Shown: positions 1 through 28,634, counted from the first letter of the whole stretch. The stretch: 51,368 bases of DNA, filler included, from Streblomastix strix (GCA_008636045.1; 2 parts of 2 records of this genome joined end to end with filler, not necessarily neighbours in it), one strand, 5' to 3'. Translations and numbers: made by a program. Notes: generated by a model from the letters alone, not told the origin.

Positions 1-4
1 ATTT

Positions 5-13955
<13,951 letters not shown>

Positions 13956-14461
13956 CTGTTCATAAAAAAAAGTGAAATTTATAAATTACACGATGGATTA
14001 ATTAAAATCTAGAATTATGTTAGAAATTTGATAATTTAGAACAAAATATAAAAAATAATAATGATATTGTACAATAAAATATTCACTCTGGTTTACAGGC
14101 TCGATTTTTAAACAACGGACAAATTACATAAACAATACAAATTTACTCTTTGAAATTTGATCTATAAAATGTAATATATTCATGAATACTTACTAAATTT
14201 AATAAGAAACATAACATTAGCTGAGTTGTAAAAAAACTCTAATTTTAAACGCAAACATTTGTTAAAAATTCTTTATAAATAATAAAATTGAAAATATAAT
14301 ATATTTATTTCTTAGTGAGCGCAAAATATTATATTAACAAACAACATTGAATAATTTAAATTTTTGACTGAAAATTAGCATAAATACGTGGAACTGCACA
14401 TTAATTTCTTTTATATTGACTTTATTTTTCTATTTTATCCTTATTTTTATCAGTTTTTTTA

Positions 14462-16389
14462 ATGCTGAGCATACTTTTGCTTATTGCAGCCGTTTTAAAT
14501 AGTACTCAAATTTAACAACAGTAAACGAATCGATATCCACTACCTCTTGGTTTGCGGCGCTTGAGAAACCCTGGTGAAAGTTCAATTTAAATTGACGATA
14601 TTTAAAATGCCAAAACTATTTTACAAGAATTTAATTTCATTTCACAAGATAAATCCTCTAAATCATTCTCAAATAAAATATTCTCATTCATCCGACCAAA
14701 CACTTCAGGATTTCAAGAGGCACTTGAGTATCTTCCCAAGTTTTCTATTCTTTCACCTAGATGGTATTCTATTAAGTATGAATATAATATATTTGCATAT
14801 TATAATGTACATATACTTTGTACAGAAGCTAAGGATCACTTCATGGATAGGAGAATGTTGACGAATCCTGGATTTAATAAGTGAGAGAACTTGGTACTAA
14901 AGCAGATGAGAACACAAGTAGGTCTCCAATCATTTGCCCATCTGTTACATTTGCAAATTGGACAAAATATGAATTTATAGACTTTGCTTAATCTAAGATA
15001 GAAATTCGTGAAATATATGATGCCCTTTTACACGAATGTAAGTTTGTAAATGATTTGTTATTTATTTAATATATTTTTTATTTAATCCATTGTTTATTCA
15101 TTTAATAACATTATATTACTCAGACTAAGAGATTATGATGGACTTCATTTGAATTTAGGTAATCTTTTATACGATCCAATAATTGATGATCCAACTGATT
15201 AATCAACAATTGGTTAGAGCATAAAAGGAACATTTGCTTTTCTTAGAATGGTTTAATGCATATTATATATTTAAAATACTTAACTCAAATTTAATTACCA
15301 TTCTATATTCGCTTAGATTGGAAGCAGGTTCCACGATGAAGGATTACGTCTCTATGTTTCTGTAGCACCAAATAATTAAGGATCAGGTTCAGACATTCCT
15401 CAGAACAGTACTGCTTTCTTCTCAACACCATATTATTCTTCATATAATGAGATGCTTTAATTAACTGGTAATCCACGTATTCCACATACTGTTACTCAAT
15501 AGCTGCTTGTAGAAGATGATATTGATGGAGTTATAATTGAACCATTCCCTTTGAGGAAGAAGAAGTATCATGAATATTTATTTATTATTTACTTATTATT
15601 TATATATTTTACATATTCTTTATTTGTTATTTATATATATTACTTATTATTTACTTATTATTTATATATTTTACATATTCTTTATTTATTATTTACTTAT
15701 TTTACTTATTCTTTATTTGTTGTATATTAATTGTGAAGTTGTCGATCTCTCTCACCATTCAATCCAGTAGTCCGCACATCAATGCTCTATCTGAACAAAG
15801 CTGGAGTGAATCCACATTCACCTGATTCAGAGTAAGACAAAGAACAACAACAGATTTATGGGCACAATGAATACATCCTGGACTCAATGATAAGATTGGG
15901 CCCTTCTAAAAGACCTCCTCCACAGAGAGTCTTCTTTGGTCTATCATTTTTGGGGGTTGTTACTTCAAAGGGGAGATTCGTTGAATATTTGGACAAAGAT
16001 TAGTTTCTTTACATCTTATCACACTTTAAAACAGAAACTGGATGGGATTCAATTGTATGCTTCTTATTTTCTTTTTTATAATGTTAATAAATGAAATAAA
16101 CTTTATTTATTTATTTGTTATTGCTATCGGTATATTTATATAGGATCGAGAACAATGGTTTATGTACAAATAAAATGGAATAGATTATAAAGTTTACTTT
16201 CCGAGCATTAAGGTTAATTTAATTGTAGAATGTAATCTTAATATACATTTATTAATCATATTTTACTTATTCATTTAATAATAAATTTAGGGTTTAAAGT
16301 AAAGAATCGATATGGCATTTCAATTTGGCTGTGGAGTGGCTGTATTTAATTTGGGTGATGGACTCGATTATTTTATGGACCTTCTGTGA
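14462..16389 (+). CDS. CHID1: Chitinase domain-containing protein 1 (CHID1/SI-CLP)-like, GH18 fold, signal peptide, multi-exon
   Basis: Signal peptide MLSILLLIAAVLNS; LPKFSILSPRW (cf. KFTQISPVW); HGQENVDESWIQQVR; DYDGLHLN; C-terminus KVYFPSIKGLKQRIDMAFQFGCGVAVFNLGDGLDYFMDLL* matches the CHID1 end GVSIWELGQGLDYFYDLL. TGA at 16387-16389; several short GT-AG introns. Confidence 0.85.
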
Positions 16390-16943
16390 AGATTTTAAAT
16401 AAATATAAAAGATATTATAAATTTCTATTGTTCAATTGAAATAATTAAACAAAATAATACTTTATTATCTTACTCTCTCAAACCAAATATATGTTAGTAT
16501 AGTAATAATAAATATACCCACAAAATAAAATTTAAATATTACTTAGAATAAAAATGACATGAACATAAGACTAACAAATAATATTAATCAATTTGTTGGT
16601 GAGTGTAAATAAAGAATTAAACAAAGAAAATGAAGAAATTCACTAAAATGAGAGGTTACTGTTGTAACATTATGAATAAGAAAACTATAGAAACAAAGTA
16701 GTAAGAGATAATTAAAAAGATTAAAGAGTGAGTTGATTTACAAAATTAAAAATGGTTTGATTTAAATAATTAAAAGAAAAAGTTGAATTTTAATAAAGAT
16801 ATAGGCCATGAATAAATATTTTTCAATCTATAAATTTTGATACCACACAAAAGAATGTTTAAAAATATTGGAATAAATAAAGACTTTTTCAGTTCATTGT
16901 TAAATATAACTCTAAAATTCCTACTAATAAATTCTTTTGGGTA

Positions 16944-19900
16944 TCAATAAACATCTTTGGGTATACGTTTCTACAAAATAGCTCGTTATGTACTATTTAA
17001 CGGAATTGGATGTTCAAGATGATCATTAGTGAGTGTAAGAAGTATGGTGTTCTTTCTTCGATATTGTGGATGCATTTGTTCTTATAGGAAACTCATAGTT
17101 GGCTAATGGATAGTAAGTTCCGTATGCCCACCAGTAACTTCTGGGAATATATATGATTGCATTGAATTGATGTTGCTCTTATATGAATTCATAGATGTTT
17201 AAGTATTTGATTTAGATTGAATTGTGGATGTTGTTGTGGATATCTTTTCATCTTTCTCATCTATTAGTAATTATTTACTCTTTTCTTTTTCTTCATCTTC
17301 TTAATTCCCAAATTTCTTTAACATTAAAATAATATTCTTCTTCTGTTCTTCCATCTCTTATTATCTGAATATTGTTATCTGCTATTTTGCTTTTTCTTCA
17401 TCTGGAGGTCTTGGAAGGTTCAATTGAGTCCGAACTCTTTCTCTTTCACTCAACTTCCATCTTTATCTGACATCACCTTCTGCGCCCATTAATGAAATAA
17501 CCTTCCTTATCTGCCACGGTTCAAGTGTCCTCCATCTAAGATTCTCAAATTGAAGTGGATGTGGTGATATTCCCAATAACATCTCTGAATTATAGAACCT
17601 CCCAAACCTCATTGGGAAGATGGGTGTGTGATATCGCATTACTGGGTGTGATGGGATCATCATCAGTGTTCCTGTTTCTGCCAATTCTTCTTCTATTTCC
17701 ATCTGAACATATGTTCTGAATGCGTCTCCTTCAAATATGTCATAGTCTTGAAACAACTGCGCTTATGAATTAATCCACGAATGTCCGAAGCTCATAAGAC
17801 TCGCTGCACTTGAGAATGTCCTCATTCCAAGGTCTCTATAAGGTGTCTAGTCATATCTAATAGGAACAGCTGATGCAAACCATCCTCTGCGAGAAAGAAG
17901 GACAAATGGTTTAATCTCAGGCAGAGTTTATAGGAAATCGTAATCTAAATAATATAATATAAAAATAAATTAATATAAAACGATAATTAAAATAATATAT
18001 AATAAATAAAAGTTATGCTGCTAATTAAATTAATCGATGAATTAAATAATATGATATAAATGATTTATATTTCTATATGTATAATTAAATATATACCTGT
18101 CACGCAACAGGAAGAAATCATAATAGCCTTATGTCTCCAGTTCTAAATCATCTAATAAGGTGAATTATCTGTGAATCTAATTCTGTTTTCTCCTTCAAAA
18201 GATTTAGTTGGCTAATCATCCTCCAATTCATTATGATATGTTTCATGTATTAGAGAAACAGAATCTGAATAAGAAACTTTGCTCTTCCCCAATCTCTCAT
18301 TAGTTTCACTCATTAGATCGAGAGCCATTGTTGCTAATGATGCCAATTCATCACTATATTTATGTATCTCTTTATGAAGCTTTCTGTATTATTGAGTAAA
18401 TTATCCATCAATTCCACCAAAGAGAGTAGATTATCCTATTGTACTTGGAAGTACAAATGAAAGACCATCATTTCTTGGGACTATTCCTGATACCTGCATA
18501 TTGAACATGAACTAATCTTCTTCTTTGTTCTTGAAATATTCTTCTTCTTCTTTATCAAGTTCTTATTTATTTTAGAAAACAAGCCCAGTGTAAATGCTTG
18601 TATCAAATGGATATTCTTTAATCTTATTCATTAAATTCTTATAATCTGGGAAGAAGTGTTGATGTCTTACATTTGGAATTAGTGAGTATATAATAGCACT
18701 TCGATCTGAGATAGCAATGAAGTCATTATTACTCAACATTTGGGCATCAACAACTAATGATGGTGTTCTTCCTTATGCGATTACATTTCCAATTAACCCA
18801 GAAACAGCTAAACACAAAATACTCTCTTTTTTAGATATTGAATATGATTTTGGCCTTGCATGATATGAGAATATGAGCTATTCTTACATTCTTGATAGTT
18901 TTTATCCATGAATCTCAAAAAGCTTAATTATATATCTGACCATATGAACAGCATGTGTCATTGGTCTTAGAAGATGAGGCTCAAGAAGTTGTTGATTCTT
19001 TATGTTCAATTATTCTTCATCTTATTCTTCATCTAATGCAGAATCTTGATCAGAAATATCTGAAGGATCTGTTTATGCGGATGCCATTAGTATTTCAGAT
19101 ATTCCTTATGAATAAGCTTTTGAATATGAATATGAATATTCATCTTTATCCACTTTTCTTATATTTTCTTTATTTTCAATTCTTTCTTTCTTCTTTTCAT
19201 CCTCTTTTTATTCATATAATAATTCATTCTCTTTTCTTTACAATTCATCTTCTTTCTTTTATTTTATATCAATAATCTTATTATAATGTTTATTTTCATT
19301 TTCCAAATTAATGAAATACTTCAATGTTTCTGGAGATAGAATAGCCTATTTATGAAATATACACTAATTTTACTATTATTTCGCTCCATTTTCAATCGAA
19401 GGAAATTTAGTTCCCAAAGTAATATCAGCAACTGCTACTCCACAAGGAGAATATGTTATTAATATTCTTTATCCAATTAACATTCGTAAATAAGGAGGAA
19501 CAAGTGTCTAATATGCATCAAATACTGGTTAATTGGTACTTTATTATCCAATTTCATATCCTTATATTGAGTCTGTTTATAATAAAGTAGAAATTGATGT
19601 AATTGGAGAAGGCAATCTCATAAAGAATGACATTTATGCATAAATTGGCTTCACTTTAACAAATCCTCTATAGAGATCAAACCATAATTAATTCTATTGT
19701 TTTGATATTTGAGTGAGAATTGCATTAGATTAAGATTAATATAAATATTATGTTCTAATATTCCTTGCCTCACTTATTGCGTAATGAAATGGAAGGATAC
19801 TTTACATTTAATTATCATCTGACTGTTAATAAGGTATTGAACATGAACAAATGTCATTGGAAGAACTAACTGCAATATTTTCATTTTCATCTTCATCTTC

Positions 19901-22900
19901 TTTATTATTATTCACATTTGATATTTAGTTAACTTTCTTCTATATGTCATTATCTTGAAGAATAAAAAGCATTAATGCTTTTCCATTCAAAACAAATAGC
20001 GATTATGTACTTGAATATAATCCCTGTACACCTCCTAAAATTCTTATTCTCTTTATCATTACAAAAGAAAGCGATGCAATGTCATATTCATTATTATATA
20101 CTGGTATTAAAATTTGATTATTTTCTGTTTATGGAGGTGGTTCTATACATTAATGCTATGTCATATATTAAGCAACTCTTTTAACATCTTCTTTTGGATC
20201 ATTTCTTATAACTTCAAATAATAATATATCTGAGAATATTGGCGGATAAGCTACTACTTCATTCTCTCGTTTATTCATATTCCTTTAATTTATATCTATT
20301 TCATCGTTGGCATTTTACACTTATCTACCAGCAACACATATTATCGTTCTTGCATATTACTCATTCATTTCTGATGCAGACATATTACTTCCCAATCTTG
20401 AGAATTCTGGAGCATTAACAGTATTTCTTTCTATATTTTGCTTTTAATTGAAAACATTCAATTCAATTTCTTTTTACAGTGGATGAGTGTTACTTTTAGG
20501 AAGACCAACACATGTCATTGAATAAAAAACAAAATTCTAAGTTGTTTACATTTATATATCCTGGATCTTATCAATTATTTCACCTGTCTCTTTTTCAGTT
20601 GAATGTTATTGTAATACTTAAGTTTAAAACAGAGTTTTTTCAAAATTTGATGTCAAATCTAATAAATTGCCTTCAATAATAGAAAGATCATTAAGAGATA
20701 ATTTACCAACACATTACATCATATCTGCTTCATCATATAGAAGGATAATATATTTTGGATGATGTTCATTATTCTTTTCTTATTCAAGTTCTTTTTGTTT
20801 CTCTTATTCATTCTAATGAACATGAAGATGATGTTAACGTTAACGAGGAATGTTCAATTGAAGTTGAGATTACTCAGTTTATTAAACAATATCATTTCTT
20901 GATGTTTAATTTGTAGAATTAAGAATTTCAAGTTAATGAAAATAGGTTGTTGATGTGGATGTGTTACTTGAAAATATTGATTTCTCTTATGAAGAAGATT
21001 CTGAAATTGAATGAGAACTAAGTGCAGGTGAAAGTTATTAATATTTTCTATTAGTTTATTTTACTGGAATTTATGAGTCTTCAATAGATTATGTTTGAAA
21101 AACTTAAATTATCTTCTTTTTTTCTTTATCTTTCTTCTACTTCTTCTTCTTAAGAAAGGCCTCAATAGATGCTCGTGTATAAAAAGAGGGGAAAGAAGAT
21201 ATGAAATCTGTATTTGGGCTGTAATTTATAGATTATTCAACTTTATTATAATGTTTTTACTTAATTGATTAGAAGTTATAATGATAAGGAAAATATTTCT
21301 CAGCATAATGGTCAGCTGCAATATCAGTAAAAGGAATATTATTTGCATCTTTATATCCAACTCCAATATTCTCAATTACGGTGTTTAATGACATATTTTT
21401 ATTTTTATTTTAAATAAGGCAATGATTATCTGATTATGATTATGATTCAATGTTTTAGTTTTTTATAATAATTTCACTATTTTTCTGGTTAATGTATTAA
21501 TTCAGAATATTACGAAGTGGGTTTAATTGAAGTAATTTCATTGAGTCTGAACATATAAAACCAAATTCATTATTAATGTCAGAAAAAACCCATTATAATT
21601 TCTATTTTATTTTTTATTTTTCTTAATTATAATTATCTTATTTAATATCCAATACATTTTCATTTTCAAACTCTGATAATTTTTTTTTCAAATTTAAAGG
21701 TTTTTCGATTCCGTTTTATTTACCATCAGGAATATCTAATTCTTATTCAATATATTATTTCTCTCTGCATAATACTGCAATACTATGAAGAGAAGGCAAA
21801 TGGCTTATTGCAATTGGTATAGAAGGAATTAATTTAACTTATCTATTTATCCTTTATTGTTTTGATATTATTCCAAATGTAACAGAAGCATTATTATCAT
21901 TACCAATCCAAGCAATGGTTGGATTGGGAAGTTTATTTTCATTCATATTAAAATCACTATGAAAATCTTCTGGAGTTTAAAATTCAGATGTAGAAGAGAA
22001 ATCGGATGTTGATGATAAAGAAATAGTGTCTTAATTTGTTTCATTAAGTTTTTCCATCTATTTTTACAGATTCTTTAATTTCATCTTCATTTGAAGTCTT
22101 ATTATCTTTCTTCTTTTATGAATCATCTTCCTTTTTCGCTAATTCAATGTTTCATTCATTAATGCCCTCACTGGAACAATACTTCTTATTCCTTACTCAT
22201 TGAATAATGAAAGCCAAACTGTTCTTCCTAAATATGGATCAAATCTAACAGCATATGTTCTTTCACCTTTAATTATAACTCTTCTATTATCTTCAGCAAT
22301 TGAAACTGGAGATCTTCCCAAATCCATAAATTGAGATTCGGGAGGAAATGTGAATAATTCATGAATTGAATTTTTTAATTTCTATTCTCTTGATTGCATT
22401 CCAATCTTTAATACATCAAACGCTGAATTATATCTCAATGGAGGAACATCCAACATTAATGCAGCTAAAGGAATTACAACATATTGAACTAATCCATATT
22501 AACCACCAACAATTAGCAATGCTCCTTCATATGCTTTATATTACTCTTCCTTCTCAGATGCACTCAACATTCCATATGTTGGTGGTTATTATTATTACCA
22601 AACTGTATTATCAACTATTTATAAATTAGTCTTATGCCCATTTAATGGATATTATTCACTATTCAAGCTCATTCCAAACAGAGCTTCATTCGGCATTACA
22701 TCTTCTTCTGGCCCTAATCTTTTAACTTATCTCTCTAATGTTGTGAATAAACATGATGAAGCTGGATTATTCAATTTCATATCAATTATTGGAGTTACTG
22801 TTATTTATATGCAGCAGAAGTTTAAGAGAAATTTATTATCTCCTAATTAAGCTTCTATAAATTATTAATTTGGAGGAACTTGTGGTTTTGGATTTGGAAA

Positions 22901-25664
22901 TTAAAGTTGGCTAGAAATATTTCTCTTCAAAAATTTAAATTCGTGATCATTAATAAGTTCTATATATAATAATAAATGAAAATAAAAATAATAATGGCAG
23001 CAATAGATGAAAGTGAAATAAAAATTAGTTATTTTATAGTATAAACATTATTTTCAATGTATGTATCATACTCCATAACTTCTAATTCTCTTTTTAGAAC
23101 TCAATATCATTCTCTAAATTGTTTAGTCTGTAAATTTTTGTCATGTTTGGATCTTTTGTGCAGACAACTATGAATTAATTGCCGCATATTGTTGAAGCAG
23201 CAAGAGCATCAACATTAGAAGAAAATTTGAGTGTACACACAGCTTGGAGATGCATTTACATTTAAATATCAGATTATTCTGTTAATTCAAATTAGGAATT
23301 TGTTCCACCAGTTTAATTTAGTTCTTTATTTGTTGCATTCTATTATGAACTACGATATGCGATGAGAGCTAATCTTGTTGCAGGATTCCAAGATGCTGAT
23401 TATTTCTTCTATGACAAGATTATTGGTATTGCTGGGTGCCAAAGAAGAACATATACAATACTCTTATGTGATACAACTATAATATTGTCTCCAACTGCTG
23501 CATGATCAATTGTAATTTGTCTTAGTGGATTGAATTAGATCTATTATATTACATCATCTAATTTAACTCTTTATTCTATTATACTTTTACATTCATCACT
23601 TGTAAGCCAAGGAGGCACTTTCCAAAATGTCCCAACTGAATTCTTACTTCTCATTGGTGTTGCTCTTATAACTAATACTGTTGGAGGTTTAGATTGAGAT
23701 GTGGGAGGTTTAGATGTAAATTGATTAAGAACATTTTATGAGGATATTTATTCTTTATGATTATCATCTGATTTATCTATAGGTTATTTAGTTGTATTAA
23801 TTGGTCTTATTTATGATTAATCGGTGTTCTTAATTAAGCCTAATTTTTCTTACTCCAAAATAATTTGCTGATTTGAAGGTATTGTTGTTAACAATTAGTT
23901 TTCATTTGAAACAATTTATAATCTTTCAGTATTTTATGTATTTTTATCATGTGGATCAGAATCATGCATATCAGAAGGTATCTGTGAAGATATTCCAGAT
24001 TATGAATTGATAGATGATGTTTATTGTGAGGATATTGATGATGATGCTTTTGAATTATAATTATACGATGATGCTGAATCTAAAAAAGAAGAAGATTAAG
24101 ATGAAGAAGATGATGATTATGAAAACATTGATGATGATACATCAGAAGATGCATGAGATTGTTATTATGTTAATAAGATGCTATCATCAAATGATTAATT
24201 AGCATCATTTAAATATGAATGTATTTCACTACCAATTTACTCGGTTCGCATTTTTTCACCTTCTTTTAAGACGCAGAATTTTCCTTTATGTTTCAAAGTG
24301 CATAATATAGTTATATCATTCTCTGATACAAATGCTATTGCTCCTTATAATTCATGGAATGCAATTGCTCTTTTGTTTGGATTAATACCAAAACTCAAAG
24401 GATTAAGAGTTATAATTTTGTTTTCATTCAATTGAAACAGTTTTGTTGTATAAATTGTCTTTACTGGTCCAATCAATGGTGTGCTATTCAACTTTTCATT
24501 CATATTATTTGAAATAAGTAAACTATTCTTTAAATCTGGAAATTAAGTATCTTTTTCTGTGTAAGGTGAATAATTGATTTATTATCTGTTTGATTAAGGG
24601 ACGAGTGAATTAATTTATTCAATTGATGATTGTGTAGATTTATGAATAGGGAATGGAGAAGGAATATTTGGTGTTATTTGTGCAAATGATGTGTTTAAGA
24701 TATTAATTGGATTGGGTATTTATTATGGAATTATATCTTAAATAATATTCTCCTCTTAAGCCAGAAGAAATTCTCTTATTCCTCGACCAGCAAATTATTG
24801 AGAACTGAAAAGTTTTGTATTTCCACATATCCAATTGTCTTTGATAATCTCTTTCAATTTATGTCCAACAGACACAAGCTGTAGTTCGCCAGTTCCAGAT
24901 ATTCCATGAGCAACACCAAATGCCATTCTGTCTTCCTACACTTATTTGTTCTCCCATTTTGGTGGAATATTAATGACATTCTAAATATGACCAGTGCAGA
25001 ATGCAAAGTCCACATCTCCTTATGATTCTATATTTAAACCAGTATCTAAGTGCATCAATAAGGGAGTTCCACTTTAAGAAGTAACAATGGCTGTAGTGTG
25101 TTTAATTGGTTTATTGACTGATCCAATTTATTTAGACTCTTATCGAACCTAATTTCTCTATGATTAAATAACAATTATATTATTAATTGATTTTGATTCA
25201 TTATGTTATTATTGAATTTATCCATCTTGAATGGTCAGAATATCTTATCCTCCTCCAAGAAGAAGTTTATGAATAAATTTGCTAGTTTTATCTTTTTATT
25301 AAGAAATTAGAGGATATGAATGTTATTCTTATTATTAATCTTATTCTTATTCAGTTCTATCTTCAACATAAACATGGCAGAATCCAAAAGGAGGAATTGG
25401 AAGTGCATTTGGAAATGGGAGTATATATGCTTTATTAATTGACTATTGGAGAATAATTGCCTTAGATGATGCAAGTATATAAGGAACAAATGAATGATTA
25501 ATATATTCACATGTCTATGATTGAATATCTTATATAGATGGAGATGATTATATTGACGTTGATGGAGATAGGGGATCATCAGTCAATATTATTCTGTCTA
25601 AAATTATTGATGATTAATTTTATTACTGTATGTGAATTGATATCATTTTTGATTAAGATATCTT
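16944..25664 (-). CDS. Large beta-propeller protein, probably DDB1/SF3B3(RSE1)/CPSF1 family; 5' end cut off by the linker
   Basis: Long open frame in code 6, with an intron at 17945-18096 and TGA at 16944-16946. Family-like blocks in the expected order: AFGVAHGISGTGELQLVSVG, GERTYAVRF, AQGRTPSLVVDAQMLSNNDFIAISDRS and DIFEGDAFRTYVQM (cf. IDGDLxxxF). Family call by eye. Confidence 0.55.
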
Positions 25665-25764
25665 NNNNNNNNNNNNNNNNNNNNNNNNNNNNNNNNNNNN
25701 NNNNNNNNTTAATTAATTAANNNNNNNNNNNNNNNNNNNNNNNNNNNNNNNNNNNNNNNNNNNN
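25665..25764. other. Artificial scaffold/concatenation linker
   Basis: Exactly 44 N + TTAATTAATTAA + 44 N = 100 bp; the 12-mer is a palindromic six-frame standard-code stop spacer. Confidence 0.95.
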
Positions 25765-25886
25765 ATAATATTGTAAATTAATAGCTTAGAATATTCAATA
25801 ATTAGATGAAAAATATAAATAATATTTTAAAATATGAAATTTAATTTTTTATTATTTTTCTTTTATTTCTTATCAAAAATAGAAAC

Positions 25887-26396
25887 ATGGCTATTGTGCC
25901 AAAAGCTTAAACAGGGAAGTGGTAATTTAGTGTTCCAGTTAAATCTCCTGAAGAATAGATGAAAATTTTCATTGATAATATTTCAAAACTATAATCATCC
26001 GATGAATTACCTTAAATTCCAAATTTGAAGCTTCGAAAACGTTAGTATGCAACTGAAGAAGATGCTAGATAAGCTATAAACTATAAGAAGAGGATAGCTC
26101 ATACTAAAGAAAGATAAAGATTAATTAATTATAAATATAATGCTCCGAATTCTTAATTATTACTAATTCAACGTTTGTAAAGAATTGTAATTCCAAATAA
26201 AGATGAATTTGCTTGGATCCATAAAATAATTGATTAATACGATGAGAAAGTTATAAAAATATAGGAATTATTGAGTATTATTGATAAAGATCATGCAGTG
26301 TTTAAAGAATTAGGATATATATAAGAAAATCCTAATAATTCATCTGAAGATGATAATGAACGTGATACTGATGATGATCGTGATAATAATGAGTGA
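25887..26396 (+). CDS. Viral hypothetical protein, 169 aa, basic core with acidic tail
   Basis: MAIVPKAQTGKWQFSVPVKSPEEQ...DDNERDTDDDRDNNE*; open in code 6. Confidence 0.7.
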
Positions 26397-26398
26397 TT

Positions 26399-27022
26399 TC
26401 ACTATAAATCTGTTTCATTAAATCTAACTTCTTATTACTATTAATATTATTTAGGAATTTATTCTTATGGTGGACTTTATATTTGCTCTGCTTATTCATC
26501 GTTAAGTTTCTTTTATTTATAATCTCTTATTTTTGCTTTATATTTCTCAACTTACTTAATAGATTCTTGATGTTATTACTTAATGAATGAGTTTTCTGTT
26601 CGTAAACGTATTAATTCCTCTAAATCTACAGATGGAGAAGTATAATTTATCTATGGCTTCTTCTTTACTGCTTTCATCTGGTTTGGTTTTGGTGTTTGCT
26701 TTGGTTATTCAACGATAATTTATTAAACATCACATTCATCATCGTCATTCTCTATATTCAATGGATAATCTTGCTCATCTTCTGCTTCATCACTGTTTTA
26801 TTCAACATGTCTTTTTAATGTTCGTTTTGGTTTTGTTTAACCTCCACCTCTTGCTTCTAATAATAACTTAGTTTATTATGCTTGAGTTAGAGTTCTTGCT
26901 GCTTTCTTTCCTTCTTCATATACTTTGATCTTATCTTTAACTTACATAATATATCCTTTATAGAAATAGTCGATTGATGTTCCGTTTTCCATGAGATTCT
27001 TAAATGCTTAATCTTGATTCAT
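26399..27022 (-). CDS. Viral hypothetical protein, 207 aa, charged/coiled-coil
   Basis: MNQDQAFKNLMENGTSIDYFYKGYIMQVKDK...VRFNETDLQ*; converges on the previous ORF with a 2-bp gap. Confidence 0.7.
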
Positions 27023-27063
27023 TTTATTAGATACTTATTGATTTTATTTAAACACAAAATTAA

Positions 27064-27891
27064 ATGACAACAATACAAATAAATCAAATTAGAGTTCATA
27101 AAAGCAAACATGCGAGTGTTGTTAAGAAAGAATTATCAGAAGAAGATAAAGCCAGATTATAAGCAATTGATGAAGCTATAACGAATGGATTCAGGAAAGC
27201 TGCGTAAATTCCATAGTTATAAATATAATCTTCTGTTCAGACACCACTATGAAACAGAGATCTAAACACTGATGAGGAAGAAGAACCTTAACGAGAGATA
27301 TAAACAGAAAAACCACGAAAACATCGTTACAATATTAATAAATATAAAGAAGTTCCACGTGAAACAGCTTAGGTTGAACCAGAATAAGTTGTTAAGGATA
27401 CATATTTATCTTATCCTAACTTAGAAGTATAGATTTTCATCATTGATTGCATCTGGAGGTGTGTTGATTCACGAAAGAAAGGTGAGGATTTCATATTTAA
27501 CTCCAACAACTATATCAAAGTCTGGTCATTAATAACATAAGAAGAAGAAAAAGATATTGAGATTGTTATGGAAGAACCACTGATGAAACATAATAGTTAT
27601 ACATCGAAAAAATATAAGAAGAATGAGATTGTAAGAGTTGATGATGTACTCATCAAGAATGTCTCTATATCTAACTTAGATAACGTATTATGGAATAGTT
27701 TTGAGAAGCTGTATCATCTTAGCAAAGATTTCGTTAGATTATCTGACAAGCTAGAATCAGATATTGGCCCAGAGATTTCTGAATATAATATCACTATTAA
27801 ATTGTTTATTTTTGTTGAAAACTAATGGAAGAAGAAGCGTAATAATAAATAACTGACTTGGAGGATCCATCAGAAGAAGAACTATAAATGA
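27064..27891 (+). pseudogene. Viral hypothetical protein (~275 codons) with one in-frame TGA
   Basis: MTTIQINQIRVHKSKH...; internal TGA at 27250-27252, after which the frame continues (IDCIWRCVDSRKKGEDF...) to TGA 27889-27891. Confidence 0.6.
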
Positions 27892-28598
27892 AATCAGAAT
27901 ATGAGAAGATGAAGATATAATAATTAGAAATAGAATCACTATAGAAGTTGTAAAAATAAATAACTTAATAAATAGATAATGAAATTATAAAATGTTTTAC
28001 TTACTTTAGTTAATTCTTTAAGAAATCATCAATATCTGATTTAGTAACATTAAATACAGCTTAAACTATCACTGGAACTAAATCATTTACGTAGCCTATC
28101 ACAGCTAATAAAATCATTAAATTAGCCGGTACAAGTAATTAAATATTATTAGCTAATGGAGATACTATTGATAAAGATTAATTAGATTATAAACCAATTA
28201 AGAATGCACATTATTCAGCAATTGCTTACGGAATGTATGAAACACGAGTATGGGGTACATTAACAACATAAAATAGTAGAGTATATCTTTCAATGCAAAT
28301 AACTCATTCAGATCCAAATACTCTTTGTTAATCAGGATATACTTTATTCTCAATCGTTTATAATGCAATAAAACCAAAATTCAGTGGAACACCAACTAAT
28401 ATGCCATAAAATGCTGTTATGTTTGCGTAAAAAGTATATGGTTATCCAATAGATTGGACTGGTGCAATTCCTATAGATTGTTTTATTAATCTTAATGGTA
28501 ATGTTATAATAAATACAATGTGTTAGATTAATTTACCTAAGGATTTTTATGTTTAAGTATGTGATTCATATGCTATTCATAACTAATCGGCAAATTGA
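27825..28598 (+). CDS. Short fibre/receptor-binding-like protein, 257 aa
   Basis: N-terminal coiled coil, then LVTLNTAQTITGTKSF and ITANKIIKLAGTSNQILLANGDT (motifs typical of phage tail-fibre shafts), then a beta-rich C-terminal head. Frame intact. Confidence 0.65.
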
Positions 28599-28634
28599 TA
28601 TATTTAAAAATAAAATACTCACATTTCACTCAAT

